This document shows, piece by piece, positions 26,144-39,503 of a stretch of 64,000 nucleotides of DNA. The translations under genes and the position numbers were made by a program. This stretch comes from Octopus sinensis. Lineage: Eukaryota. The stretch lies in the NCBI RefSeq assembly GCF_006345805.1, contig NC_043013.1, positions 48,174,001 through 48,238,000 on the forward strand, written 5' to 3'. Within the stretch, counting starts at the first letter, position 1, and each line of letters begins with the position of its first letter. Under the pieces are notes generated by a model that saw nothing but the letters and a program-made list of their open reading frames with translations, was not told where the DNA came from and made no database searches.

Positions 26144-27399
26144 GGTGTTATTACCGACCGAGTTTTGTATTCTATGGCAGTGAACCTTTACAGAGAAACC
26201 GTTTTATTTGTACCCCCTAACAATCGGTGGTACTGTACGTAGGAAAGTGCAACATGAACCAGTGAATTAAGAGAGGCAGGGTAAGGGTGATAAACTTTAA
26301 TTCGTCATCTGTATTAACACTACCATTCTGTAGCTTAAGGATCTTTAGCAGAGTTAACCCCTTTACAAATATTTGAGCCAGACTTCTAGTTAGAGAATAC
26401 CTTCTACCCACCAGTATCCGAGACTTTGTAAGGGGGTCATATACACTGCCATCCCTCCAGACCAAGAGATTTTAAAATGTTCTAAATACTTGCAATACAA
26501 TGAGCTCAATACTTTAATTCAAGAGGCGGGTTATTCAACTGCTTGAACAATTGCAACATTCAGTGTCGAAAACGATGAAGATCCATTTATTTTTACTGCT
26601 GAGGAGGACCACGGTACTTTTATTCCTGTTTGAGTACATTATTGTCGCTGAGGTCAGACTGATGATTTGCTGAGTTGCATTATTTATTCTTGTTCTAATC
26701 ATTCAGGCTGATTTTCAATCCAACCAAGGTTCGTTTTTGTTTTTATTGCATTAGGATTGAAAAGATAACAAGCTGATTTAATTGACTACATCGATGCCCG
26801 ATAAAATTGAGTCCATCCAAGAAAAAGCTATTATTCTTGACATTAGTACAATCAGAGTCATTTGGATCATAAAATTTCCCATTAAAATGCTTGAAGCCCG
26901 CCAAAGAAATGAGCCAAGTAATTTTTAGAATCTACCTGGTTTTTCATTTGTCAACTATGGTAGAAGAAAAGGTGTCGGGGTTTTAGGTGAACCATAAAGC
27001 AAAAACTTTACGCAGCATGAACTTTACCAGAATACCATCTCTAATACATGCTAATGTGGTAATGGATTAAGGCTTACTACTTCTATTCGGTGATTTCAAC
27101 TCAGTACCATAGGAACAACTCTAGCTATAGTTTTTCAGCAAATACCCTTATTTATATAAAACTGAAGAGATGAGTAACCACATCAACGCCGACAACATTT
27201 AACATCCTGACAACGAGCTTATCAGGAGTTCCACTCGCAAATTATATTTACATTTACATCTTTTATTCATAACTGCATAACGTATATCCAAAAGGTTATT
27301 ATGGTTCATTTTTACTTGAACTCACTTCTAAAATGTGTTTGGAACTTATTTTATTGAATTCCAATCATGAAACAGTTCTATATTTAGGAAGATGTCCAA

Positions 27400-28519
27400 G
27401 TGCTGTTAGATCATGTGAACTCAATAAAGCCATCCATACAGTTCACAATGGAAAAGGAAAAAGACAATCAGCTGGCATTCCTGGACGTATTAATAACACG
27501 CACCAAGTATAGATTCAGGACATCCGTATACCGTAAGCCGACCGTTACTGGAAGATACCTCAACTTCAATTCCCACCATCCATACAGTGTAAAGAGAGGG
27601 ATTGCTCAGTGCCTAAAACATCGAGCAAAGAATATAAGTAGCGATTGTGATACACACCACGAAGAAATGATCAAGCTCAATAACGATCTGTTAAGCAACA
27701 ACTACCCCAAAAGTATACTATCAACTCCAATTATGAAGAGAGAGTATGAGGCCAGTAAACTGTCCACAGTCTGTCTACCCTATGTGAAAGGCCTCTCTGA
27801 AAAGATACAAAAGATATGCGACCCATATGACATCAAGACAGTATTCAAGAGTAATGCAACACTTCGCAAATATCTCCTTCGAGTAAAACCACCAATAGAA
27901 GAGAATATGACCAAAAACTGCGTGTACTCCAACCCATGTAGCTGTGGTAGGTTATACGAAGGCGAAACATGCCGCCCCCTCAAAATGAGGGTAGAGGAAC
28001 ATCACAAAGCTTTGACACGAGGAGATATTGATAAATCAGATATAGCTGATCATGTATGGAAAAATGGAGACCATATCCCCCTGTGGGATGAAGTTAAAGT
28101 AGTAGACAGAGAACACCACTGGAAAATACGAAAACTAAAAGAAGCAGCACATATACTAGGACACAACAACCTCCTAAGCAGATGAGTGCAGATATGTGTG
28201 TAGCATATGGGAACCGGTATTAAGGAAGGATAGGAAAATATTAGATTTATAAGCCCTAAAATTCACTCCATAATTGCCCACGGGCATATTGTGTTATGGT
28301 TAAGAGCGCGGGCTACTAACCCTAAGATTTCGAGTCCGATTTCAAGCAGTGACCTGAACAATAATAATAACATCGAAAAATACCTTAGAAATGAGAAGCT
28401 AGGTTCGAAATTTCCCCAAGACACCTGAAGAAGGCTGGAGGGTATATCAGCCGAAATGCTGTGTTAACAACAAACAAGATGAGGACAAATATCCGTCAAT
28501 TGTAAATAATGTAAATAAT
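27400..28519 (+). mobile_element. 5'-truncated Penelope-like element: RT C-terminus, GIY-YIG endonuclease, 3' region
   Basis: Uninterrupted 261-codon ORF 27400-28185: IQFTMEKEKDNQLAFLD, VYRKPT..YLNFNSHHP, GIY-YIG NCVYSNPCSCGRLYEGET...RVEEH...RKLKEAAHI. Confidence 0.92.
28420..28465 (+). ncRNA. Minimal type I hammerhead ribozyme, core mutated
   Basis: GACAC-CUGAAGA-a-GGCUG-gaggguauau-CAGCC-GAAA-ugcu-GUGUU; stems I and II intact, stem III (expected CGUH) altered. Confidence 0.6.
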
Positions 28520-28931
28520 ACTCTTTACTCTTTTATTTGTTTTAGTCATTTGACTGCGGCCATGCTGGAGCACCGCCTTTAGTCGAGCAAATCGACCCCG
28601 GGACTTATTCTTTGTAAGCCCAGTACTTCTTCTATCGGTCTCTTTTGCCGAACTGCTAAGTGACGGGGACATAAACACACCAGCATCGGTTGTCAAGCAA
28701 TGCTAGGGGGACAAACACAGACACACAAACATACACACACATACATATATATATATATACATATATACGACAGGCTTCTTTCAGTTTCCGTCTACCAAAT
28801 CCACTCACAAGGCATTGGTCGGCCCGAGGCTATAGCAGAAGACACTTGCCCAAGATGCCATGCAGTGGGACTGAACCCGGAACCATGTGGTTGATAAGCA
28901 AGCTACTTACCACACAGCCACTCCTGCGCCT
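28520..28931 (-). mobile_element. SINE family A with 11-bp TSD
   Basis: TSD atgtaaataat at 28509-28519 and 28932-28942. Confidence 0.92.
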
Positions 28932-30036
28932 ATGTAAATAATGTCCAATCATGAAAGTTCAATATTGACCTAGGTAAGTTTTGAAGTGGGGATCAGTGCG
29001 GTAACGAACCCGTGACATATACAGTCTTAGCAATCAAGATACTCTTGAAGTTTAGCTGTGTTTAATATGTATTCAAATTAAATGAATAGTCTGTTGTGCT
29101 TATCTAAACAAATCTCTGCTGCTCTTCTCTCTTTTTCATGCACACATACAAACGCATACAGGCAAGCATGCACACACATAGATAAATAGACATACACACA
29201 TATATATTCTTAACCGTATACATACACATAGAACGAGTATGTGTATGGAACGTGGAGAGGGCGGGAGCTATGTGTATGCCACGTGTGTGTTTGTGTATTG
29301 AGGTCAACTCGATGTATTTTTGCATAGATTTAGGTAAAAATGTCTTCGTGATATTTTCAACATTTATAATTCTATATACCTTCAGATAAGAGGCAAAAAC
29401 AAAACATGTGAGTGAAATTAAAGCAAACAAAAAAAAAAAAAGGATAAATAAAAGAAAATGAAGAGAACAACAAAGAAAGAGTAGATAAAATGACAGTAAA
29501 ATAATCGCTAAAAATTTGTCTCTGAATAAAAATTCTTCTAATGGTGTGAGAGGTTTCTAATATGAAACTAAATTTAATTTTTATAGTATTTCTTTTTTTC
29601 TTTTTTTCGCATTTTTCTTTAACATGACCAGAGCTGAACTTCAGACAAAGCGGAGACTAATTAAAGAGAGAAGTAAACCTTTTAAAATGATAGGAACGAA
29701 AGAAAGGAGGAAAGAAGAAAGCGAGTGGCTGGGGGTGGGGGGGAGACGTGGTGGGGTGGAAGATGATGACGAGGAGGAGGAAAGGGTGAGGAAAGGAAGC
29801 GGCCAGTGTTTTCACAAACACACATACACACCTCTGAACTACTGACATTTCTCTCTTGACATTTCCTATCTCAATGAGCCTCTTAGAAGGATATCCGGAT
29901 TATTTCTTACACTGTTTATGTTACATCATTGCGTAGTGCAGCACATTACATAGGATGGAATTTTGCTTATATAGAGATAGAAGCGCCGCGCTGTTTTTGC
30001 AGCAATTGTTTATGTGTGTGTGTGTGTGTGTCTGTC

Positions 30037-30084
<48 letters not shown>

Positions 30085-30300
30085 TTTGTTTGTGTGTGTT
30101 TGTGAGTGAGTGTATAAAAAGGAGAGGGAAGAGAAATATTGACATATGTGTGTGTATGTAAATGAGTGTGTGTTTGCGCCTCACAAAAATACACATTATA
30201 TATATATACATACATATATATAAATATACATATACAATATCTGTTATATATAAGATATATATATATATACATATACATATATCTGTGTATATATATATAG

Positions 30301-30334
<34 letters not shown>

Positions 30335-30498
30335 TATTATATATATATATTTATATTATTTGTTTCTTTATATATATATGTATATATATGAATGTATGTA
30401 TGTATATATATATATATATATATATTGTATTATAATTCACACACGCACAATATATATATATCCACACATGTATACAAACTTATATATAATATATATAT

Positions 30499-30558
<60 letters not shown>

Positions 30559-31409
30559 TATATACATATATATACATATATATATATATATACATACATA
30601 TATATACATATATATACATCTATATATATGTATATATATATATTTATTTATTATATTTTATAGAAACACAATTATATATATATATATGCACAAATATATG
30701 CAAACTTATATGCATATATATGTGTGTGTGTGTGTGTGTGTGTTTGTGCATACATAGCTGTATATGTACACGCATATATATATATATGTATGTATTTTCA
30801 TACATACATACATACATACATACGTGCATGCATACATACATACATACATACATACATACATACATACATACATACATACATACAGATAGACATACACACA
30901 TACATACACACGTACACACATACATGCATGCATTCATACGCACAACGCACAACATGTTCCATACTTATTATCATTAGGTAAATATTTTCTCGTTTTATTT
31001 CTTGTGTTTCTATCTGTCGATTATTTCGCCTGTGTTTTTCCTATATTGCCACAAGTTTGTTTTTTACCTTCCACACATTAATAGATATAATCGTTAGACG
31101 TTGGTAATTCAGTCATCGTTAACCAAACACTAAAACAACTCAGTTTTCTAACTAAATAAAAGCAAGAATAAAGTAGTCACTATTTATTCATGTAAAATAT
31201 CCAATATTAGAGATAATAGCCGTGCCTTCGTTATGTCGTCCACTCAATTTATGCCAACGTTAAGTGGGTGAGAAACAATTTCTCCGTCGAGGCTAATCTT
31301 TCACAAAGAATTTTTCATGCAGGAGAAGCTGAATTCGTAACTGTAGACCTCTGTGTGCCATTTAGTTGACCCTAACACCCGAAAACCTCGAACTTATATC
31401 GGGTTTCTC

Positions 31410-31665
31410 GGGCGTTAGATTGGCATATTTCGGTCATATTATGCGGAGAAAATCCCTGGAGAAGGACATCATGCTCGGAATGGTCAGTGGCAAGAGAGGA
31501 AGAGGCCGACCAAGAACCCGCTGGCTTGACACCATCAAGAGAGATACCGGAATGGACATAGCCAATCTGAAAGAAGCGGCCCAGGATAGAACTGACTGGA
31601 GGACACTGATCCAACGAGTAACCGAGAGTCGACTTCGACTGAGCGGATAGATAGATAGATGAAAT
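31410..31665 (+). mobile_element. RTE-clade LINE 3' fragment
   Basis: LAYFGHIMRR..LEKDIMLG.VSGKRGRGRPRTRWLD..K..TG...LKEAAQDR..WR, ends in short (ATAG) repeats. Confidence 0.85.
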
Positions 31666-32304
31666 TTGGAAACCACTGTGCTCTTAACTGGAAGCAAATT
31701 TGTTAGGGATAACTTTTTACAATGAAAGAATGAGAATTCTGCAGTGTAGCTCAATAAATCAGTGGTCAGTTTGACAGAACTGTGCTGCCTTTGATTAGTG
31801 CTGGCCGAAGTCAGCGGCTGAGAATCCAGCATCTTATCTTTCACGGGTGTCTCCTTATGAAGAGAACAATAAAAATGCTAGCATGGATGTTTGTTGAGTA
31901 AACGAGTGAGTTTTGGATGCAGTCCCGAAAGTCCGAATGATTGATGATATGCATAAGAAATAGCAGGAGTGATGAGAGATTATGATCGTTGACTAACCCC
32001 AATTGATTTATGTTGCGAATGTTTGTGTAATGGTTGTGAACGTCACACAATCATTTTCTCATCCTTGTGTTAAAACTTTTGTCCAAAAATATTTATTGTC
32101 TCGTCTACTTACAGAGGCCAATGAACCTTTATAAACGAAGGTGCCTCAAGATGATCGCTTGACCTCCCTTCTAGAAATACTACCCAGCTACCCTCAAACC
32201 ACACTCTACCATCTTCAAACAAGATACATTTGCTATTTACTGAAAAAGAGGGAAAAAGTAAGAAGGCCATGCTTTTTTTTTTAATCATAAGTCTGCTCAG
32301 TCAG

Positions 32305-32644
32305 GCGCATGGCTCAGTGGTTAGAGCGTCGAGCTTACGATCGTGAGGTTGTGAGTTCGAATCCCGGACCGGGCTGTGTGTTGTGTTCTTGAGCAAGACA
32401 CTTTATTTCGCGTTGCTCCAGTTCACTCAGCTGTAGAAATGAGTTGTGACGTCACATGTGCCAAGCTGTATCGGCCCCTTTGCCTTTCCCTTGGACAACA
32501 CTGGTGGCGTGGAGAGGGGAGGCCGGTATGCATGGGCGACTGCTGGTCTACCATAAACAACCTTGCCCGGACTTGTGCCTGGAAGGGTAGCTTTCTAGGT
32601 ACAAGCCCACGGTCAGTGTCATGACCGAAGGGGGTCCCACCACC
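32305..32644 (+). mobile_element. tRNA/CORE-like SINE family D with 10-bp TSD
   Basis: tggctcagtggttagagc / gagttcgaatccc; gtgttcttgagcaagacact; TSD gctcagtcag at 32295-32304 and 32645-32654. Confidence 0.9.
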
Positions 32645-33469
32645 GCTCAGTCAGTGCAGATCTAAGCAAAATAGCAACGGGAGAACCTTCCTATGGTACC
32701 TATTTTCAGTCGGAGGAATTGAATCATTGAAAATTAAATGTTTAAACAAGCGATATAGTACAATACAATGCATGGTATAATAACCGTTGTTTACCAAAGC
32801 AAAAAATAATACTCATAATATACTTTTCTGTCCTAACGTCGTAGCTTTAACGAGTATCTCTATATACAATCCAGTCGTTATGTAGGAGCTTCAACAAAAA
32901 TTTCGACCAATAGTATCTTTATTGACAACTTACATTGCTATAACACAATGTCTTTATCAACAATAGCGGTCGTTATATAATAATTTTACTGAGAATATTT
33001 CACTATAAAATAACTTTACTCCAATATCTGTCATTATATAGCCCACCTGCTGAGAATCTGTCCCTAATTTCCACAATCATGAATGATCACTGTCAGCATC
33101 TAGCTACTTTATTAATAATCGCTATCAACATCTTGTGGCAGAAGGTTTTTCCTACTGTCAGCAACATAGGACTAAAGCCATATGGAATCTACATGAAGCC
33201 CCATCGTGTGTGTGTGTGTGTGTGTGCGTGCACTATTGTGTTTATGTTTATCCTCCACCACCACTTGGCAACCGGTGTTGTCTTGTTTACATCCCAGTAA
33301 CTTTGTGGTTCGGCAAAAGAAACTGACAGAATAAAGTACCAGGCTATAAATATAAGTACTGGGGTCGATTTGTTCGACCAAATGTTTAGAGACGGTGCCC
33401 TGACCGAAACAAGAAAAAGACATTATGTGTGTGTGTGTGTGTGTGAATCAGAACAGTTTGATTCAAATT

Positions 33470-35080
33470 CCGTACTACTTCTGGGGCCAGTGGAAATTCG
33501 AATAAAAGTAGAAGTGCAGGAAATCCAAGATGGCTACCGGTGGCTGGGTCGCAATTGGTCAAGGAAGGCCATGTAGTGTCGAGGCGAGTGTAGTCATTAG
33601 ATCTTTCATAAGCCTGTCTAATGTGTGTCCGTTTGCTCCTCTAGAGACGGTTTGGGTGTCATCTCTGTTGAGACCAAAGAGGATAGAGGGGAACTTTTTT
33701 TTAAGGGTATCAAGGACATACAACGCGATGAGGTCGCATACATTAGCACTGTCGTAGGCCCCCATCGCTACGTCAACGGAGCCCGCGGGGTCGGATTGCT
33801 TGACTCAGGTCGAACCTTTATTGAACAGCACTGTTTTCCTGGCGTGCATCTATATCCCTGTCACTAACGTCAGTGAAGCCCCTAGCAAAGGAAAGCGCCT
33901 TGACCAGTAACCCTTTTGATATAGACAGGGAACCTTGCCCTGCCTCTCCTCTTGTTGGTGTTAAACCATGCACTTACCTCGTGGTTCTGTGCCATAGGGA
34001 AAAGTCGGTAGCTCTCCTTATGTCGTTATTGATGTTTCTCAATATATGCTTGCTCGCTAGACCGATCTCTGATTTAGCTGGATTAATCAGGCGTCATTTA
34101 GGGTCTGGGGAAATTTTCAGTTTATGATCTTTGATGTTAATAAAGGCGTTCTTTTTAGCTAGGATCCCCACCCTATCAGCTATATCTAGGTTGTTGGCTA
34201 ATTGTTTGGCTTCACTGTGGATGTTGTTGTATGTGTGGGGGGAAGCGCGCCTATAATTTTGTGTTTTCTAGCAGCCTATCGTAATTAAGGGGATCTATCC
34301 CATATGGTTTTTAGTCTTATCTCAGAAGATTAGAGACCTATCTGAGTTTTTTTTAGCAATCTAATATCGGTACAGAGCCTGCGTTGGAAGGAGTAAGAGG
34401 ACTCATGGAACTTTGGCTTGGGAATGACGCCTACTAGGTCCGCTTCGAAGAGCTCGAGGTTCTTGATTTCGGGTAGGTATTTCCTAGATTTGATTCCGTA
34501 GGTGTTACTCTTCGGGGATGGTGTGGCTAGTCGTGCTAGAAGTCTTTCCACCTCATTCGCCTTATTATGTCTATTATTTTTTCTAGCAGCATTCGAGTGT
34601 ACAGCTCATTGGATGGTGTGGGTATATTCTTAGTGGAGTAACCAAGGTTCCATATTGATGAGAGACTAGGCAGTTCTATATTCATGAGAGACTAGGTGGT
34701 TTCCGTAATGGAGAATCCTAGAAAATCCAGTCCCCTACATAAATGGGACCAAGCGCTATAAATTATGCATAGCGGAACACGTGAGGAGTTTTCGGCCCAC
34801 GGAACATCCTTAACTCCAGAACGGAGATCTTCGGACTGTGCTTACATTTCAGGAAATTTCTGCTGGCCTCTTAGAACTCACGGGATGGCAGGGTCACCGG
34901 CGATCGATAGCCAAAGGGAGACAATCCCCTTTGTTGACACTGAGTAGCAGGGTTTTTTGCTCCTCCATATTCTAGAGAGGCCATTCGCTAGAGAGGCCTT
35001 AAACCAACAGGTATTGGAATATGATAATACGCCATAAAGCTAAGTCCTTTATGGACGTTAAACCTAAGGTAATCCCATAA
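33470..35080 (-). mobile_element. Decayed PLE, 5' half (N-terminus plus RT)
   Basis: Minus translation: YSTKNIP.P...IRRMRWK, FEADL..F..FQRRL..DI, DKT, AFINIKDHK...RLINPAKSEIG, MGAYDSANVCDLIALYVL...GLNRDD (GLYRDD-like). Confidence 0.88.
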
Positions 35081-35099
35081 ACCAGCCTAATCTAAATCT

Positions 35100-35132
<33 letters not shown>

Positions 35133-35188
35133 ATATATATATAGATGTATGTATGTATGTATGTATGTATGTATGTATGTATATATAT

Positions 35189-35240
<52 letters not shown>

Positions 35241-35439
35241 ACGATGGGGTTCTTTCAGTTTCCGCCTACCAGCTCCACTCACAAGGCTTTGATGGGCCCG
35301 AGGCTATAGTAGAAGACACTTGTTCAAGGTGCCACGTAGTGGGACGGAACCCGGAAACCTGTGGTTAGGAAAACAGTCAAGCCTTCTCCTATACATATAT
35401 AACCTCATTGGTAATGTCCTGATTTTAAATCAGGAAAAC

Positions 35440-36640
35440 AAGTGACCAAGTCTTACATTTCAATGAAACTTAATCAACATATTTTCCATGATTATCTATG
35501 ACGTATTTCCATTTACTCATAAGTTATGGAATCCCATTAGTGAAAAATAAAATTCTTTCGGTTTCGAAGAGAAGAACATTGAAAGGTCAGTTTCAACTTC
35601 CTCGGTTGTTTCGAGAGTTAATCCAGCCAAATGATTCTGTAAACTGCGGAACAAATGATAATCTGAAGGAACAAAGCCTGGGGAATAATGCAGATGAGTG
35701 ATTTTCTCCCAGCCAAGTTCCTCGATCTTCTGTGACGTGACCTTTGCAGTGTAGGGTCTTGCATTGTCCGGATGAAACACCATTTCTTTTCGATTCACGA
35801 AAGCAGACCTGTTTTTCTTCAAAGCGGCGTTCAAACGCCCTAACTGCGGACAGTAGATTTGAACATCGGTTGTTGCGTTAATTGGTAGTGACTCAAAGTG
35901 GGTGACACCTTTGTAAACCCACCAGAGAGAAGAACCATCTTCGCATGGAGTTCCCTTTTCGGTTGTGGTTGGGCATTTTTCCCCTTCACCAAGCCAATAT
36001 CTACGACGCTTAACATTTTGATGAAAGACCCATTTTTCATCACCGGTCACAAGTCTGTTCAAAAAAGGCGAGATTAGTTCACGAGAACGAAGAGAAGAGC
36101 AAATGTTTACTTCAGGTTTTGGGGTTGGCTTCAAACAAATCATGAGGCACCCATTTTCCGAGTTTTGGGACCTTTCCAAACTGTTGAAGATGACGGTGAA
36201 CAGTTGTATGACTTGAACGAAGCTTGCTTGCCAATTCTTCAACTGAAACCGCATGATCTTTTTCTAATGTCGGCACAGAACCTGCGTTGGAAGGAGTAAG
36301 AGGACTCATGGAACTTTGGCTTAGGAATGACGCCTACTAGGTCCGCTTCGAAGAGCTCGAGGTTCTTGATTTTGGGTTGCTTGTCATCAAACTCAATTGG
36401 ACGTCCTGTTCGGTTCTCATCTTCGAGGCTGAAATCTCCACTTCTGTATTTTACAAAACCATCTTCTGCAAGTTCTTTCATTCAGGCACTCTTCTCCATA
36501 AGCTAAGGGAATATTTCGAGTCGCTTCAACTGCAGAGTTCCTTTTTATTTTAACTCATAAAGCATTATGTGCCTCAAATGCTCTTTAGTCGCTTTCATGT
36601 TTGAAGAGCTATAATTAGTGAAATTTCAATTAGACTATCC
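35440..36640 (-). mobile_element. Mariner (DD34D) transposon relic
   Basis: ORF 35517-36254: VTGDEKWV, HPDNARPYT, YSPGFVPSDYHLFRSL; HTH region upstream (SGDFSLEDENRTGRP; WVPHDL). TIRs not resolved. Confidence 0.88.
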
Positions 36641-36781
36641 CGTAAAAGGAAATTTAATTAGTTTAAATATGTACAAATACGCATAAATATTACTTGATGT
36701 CATTAGACATTCTGAAATACTGTTAAAGCGTTTACAAATTGAAAGTATAGAAGTCTGGACATTATTTATTGGATTATCTGA

Positions 36782-36812
<31 letters not shown>

Positions 36813-36982
36813 ATGTATGTATGTATGTATGTATGTATGTATGTATGTATGTATGTATGTATGTATGTATGTATGTATGTATGTATGTATGTATGTATGT
36901 ATGTATGTATGTATGCATGTATGTATGTGTGTGTATGTATGTATGTTTGTATGTATGTATGTATGTGTGTATACATGTATGT

Positions 36983-37300
36983 GAAGGCACGCGGCTTAGT
37001 GGTTAGCGTATTCGGCTCACAGTCGTAAGATCGCGTGTTCGATTCCCAGCGGCCACTTGTGTCCTTGAGCAAGACACTTTATTTCCCCTTGCTCCACTCC
37101 ACTCAGCTGGCAAAAATCATTAGTACTTGTGTTTCAAAGGGTCGGTCTTGTCGCATTCTGTGTCACGCTGAATATCCCAAAGAACTACGTTGAGGGTACA
37201 CGTGTCTGTGGAGTGCTCAGCCACTTGCACATTAATTTAACAAGCAGGTTGTTCCGTTGGTCGGATCAACTGGAACCCTCGTCGTCGTAACAGACGGAGT
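36983..37300 (+). mobile_element. tRNA/CORE-like SINE with the same tail as 25418-25742
   Basis: ggcttagtggttagc / gtgttcgattccc; tgtgtccttgagcaagacact; tail ...gaaccctcgtcgtcgtaacagacggagt. Confidence 0.85.
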
Positions 37301-37539
37301 AACACTAATGATTATATAATAGCTTTACCAAAAATCTCTACCATGATTTGTTCCTTTTTATTTTTTCATTCATTGAATTGGGGCCATGCTGGGGCAACTC
37401 CTTCAAGTGTTTAGTCAACATTTTAAGTTTGGTACTTATTCTATTGGTCACTTTTGCCGAACTGCGAATTTATCTGGACGTAAACAAACCAAAGTCGGTT
37501 ATGAAGTAGTAGGGGTGTACAAACACATGCATACACATA

Positions 37540-37756
37540 CAAGGGCGTGCTGAAAGGTTCCTGGCTTTAAGGATATCGCGAAGGGCTTGGCTGGAGGCCC
37601 AGCCTTCTGAGTTCTTTTTCTGGGCTTAGAAAACGTGAAGGGCCACTGCAATAAGTGTGTGAATCTGAGAGAGGAATATTTTGATTAAAACCATAATTAA
37701 CTGATCCTCCTGCATTTTCTTTTACACAAAGCCAGACACTTTTCAACACCCTCTCG
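37540..37756 (+). mobile_element. Mariner-derived MITE with TA TSD, inside a decayed family A SINE
   Basis: Imperfect ~29-bp TIRs (caagggcgtgctgaaaggttcctggcttt); TA at 37538-37539 and 37757-37758; internal NKCVNLRGEYFD* mariner C-terminus. Confidence 0.75.
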
Positions 37757-37762
37757 TATACA

Positions 37763-37793
<31 letters not shown>

Positions 37794-38049
37794 ATACACG
37801 GCAATCTTCCTCACAGTTTCTATCTACCACATTCATTTACAAGACATTGGTCGGTCTGGGGCTATAATAGAAGATACTTGACCAAGGTGCCATGCAATGC
37901 CACTGAACTCGAAACCACGTTGTCGCAAAGCTAACTCGTTAAACACACCCCACCAAAAACCTGCACCAATATAACTTCATATAAGCTTAACAACAATCTC
38001 TTTCAATATCTTGTAGCTTTACCAGAAGTCTCTCTGTCATTATACTATA

Positions 38050-38434
38050 CTCTTTTACTCTTTTACTTGTTTCAGTCATTTGACTGCGGCCATGCTGGAG
38101 CACCGCCTTTAGTCGAGCAAATCGACCCCGGAACTTATTCTTTGTAAGCCCAGTACTTATTCTATCGGTCTCTTTTGCCGAACCGCTAAGTGACGGGGAC
38201 GTAAACACACCAGCATCGGTTGTCAAGCAATGCCAGGGGGACAAACACAGACACACACACATATATATATATATATACATATATACGACAGGCTTCTTTC
38301 AGTTTCCGCCTACCAAATCCACTCACAAGGCATTGGTCGGCCCGGGGCTATAGTAGAAGACACTTGCCCAAGGTGCCACGCAGTGGGACTGAACCCGGAA
38401 CCATGTGGTTGGTTAGCAAGCTACTTACCACACA
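38050..38434 (-). mobile_element. SINE family A
   Basis: Near-identical to 28520 and 60676 copies. Confidence 0.9.
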
Positions 38435-38780
38435 ATATATCGGATTTCCTATGAATCGCTATCATTATGTTGTGACTTTGCCAACAATCAGTTGTTATGG
38501 AGTAGGTTTATCAGTAATCTCTGTCACTGTGTAGTAGCTCTACTAATAACTGTTCTCATTCGGTTGTAGCTTTATGCATAATCTGAGTTATCATTCGCTA
38601 GTCTTACCAATAATCGCGGTAATTATCCAATAACTTTACCAAGCTTTACACATAATATAATATTTTTATCAATACCGGGAACAGCCATTAGCTACAACGT
38701 ATTCTCCAACACCTCTCTCCTCTCTCTTTTCTCTCTTTCTCTTTCCCACTCTTTCTCTCTTTTACTGTCTCTTTCTATCT

Positions 38781-38845
<65 letters not shown>

Positions 38846-38952
38846 AACAATCTATCAATGCTGGTATGTCTCAAGGCTCGTCTTTTCTACCACTTACTCT
38901 ACGTCCAATCTGGCATTTGCAACTATATATACATACATGGACACACGTATAC

Positions 38953-38987
<35 letters not shown>

Positions 38988-38994
38988 CGTGTTT

Positions 38995-39503
38995 GTGTGT
39001 GTGTATGTATGTATGTATGCATGCATGTACGTATGTATGTATGTATGTATGTATGTATGTATGTGTGTGTGTATGTATGTATGTATGTATGTATGCCTGC
39101 ATGTATGTATGTATGTATGTAAGTATGTATGTATGTATGCATGCATGTATGTATGTATGTATGTATGTATGTATGTATGTATGTATGTGTGTGTGTGTGT
39201 GCGTATGTATGTATGCATGCTTGCATGCATGTATGTATATATGTATGTATGTATGTATGCATGCATGCATGTATGTATGTATGTTTGTATGTTTGTATGT
39301 ATGTATGTATGTATGCATGTATGTATGTATGAATGTATGTATGTATGTATGTATGTATGTATGTATGCATGCATGTATGTATGTATGTATGTATGTATGT
39401 ATGTATGTTTGTATGTATGTATGTATTTATGTATGTATGTATGTATGTTTGTATGTATGGATGTATTTATGTATGTATATATGTATGTATGTATGTATGT
39501 ATG
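38995..39503. repeat. (ATGT)n compound array
   Basis: Directly visible. Confidence 0.95.

Noticed and set aside
33868-33905. cagtgaagcccctagcaaaggaaagcg, superficially HHR-like
   Set aside because: It is the reverse complement of PLE RT coding sequence (KALSFARGFTDV).
34810-34850. Minus-strand ccgaaga-t-ctcc-gttct-ggag in the PLE 5' region
   Set aside because: Stem II-like only; no GAAA and altered CUGA; too decayed to call.
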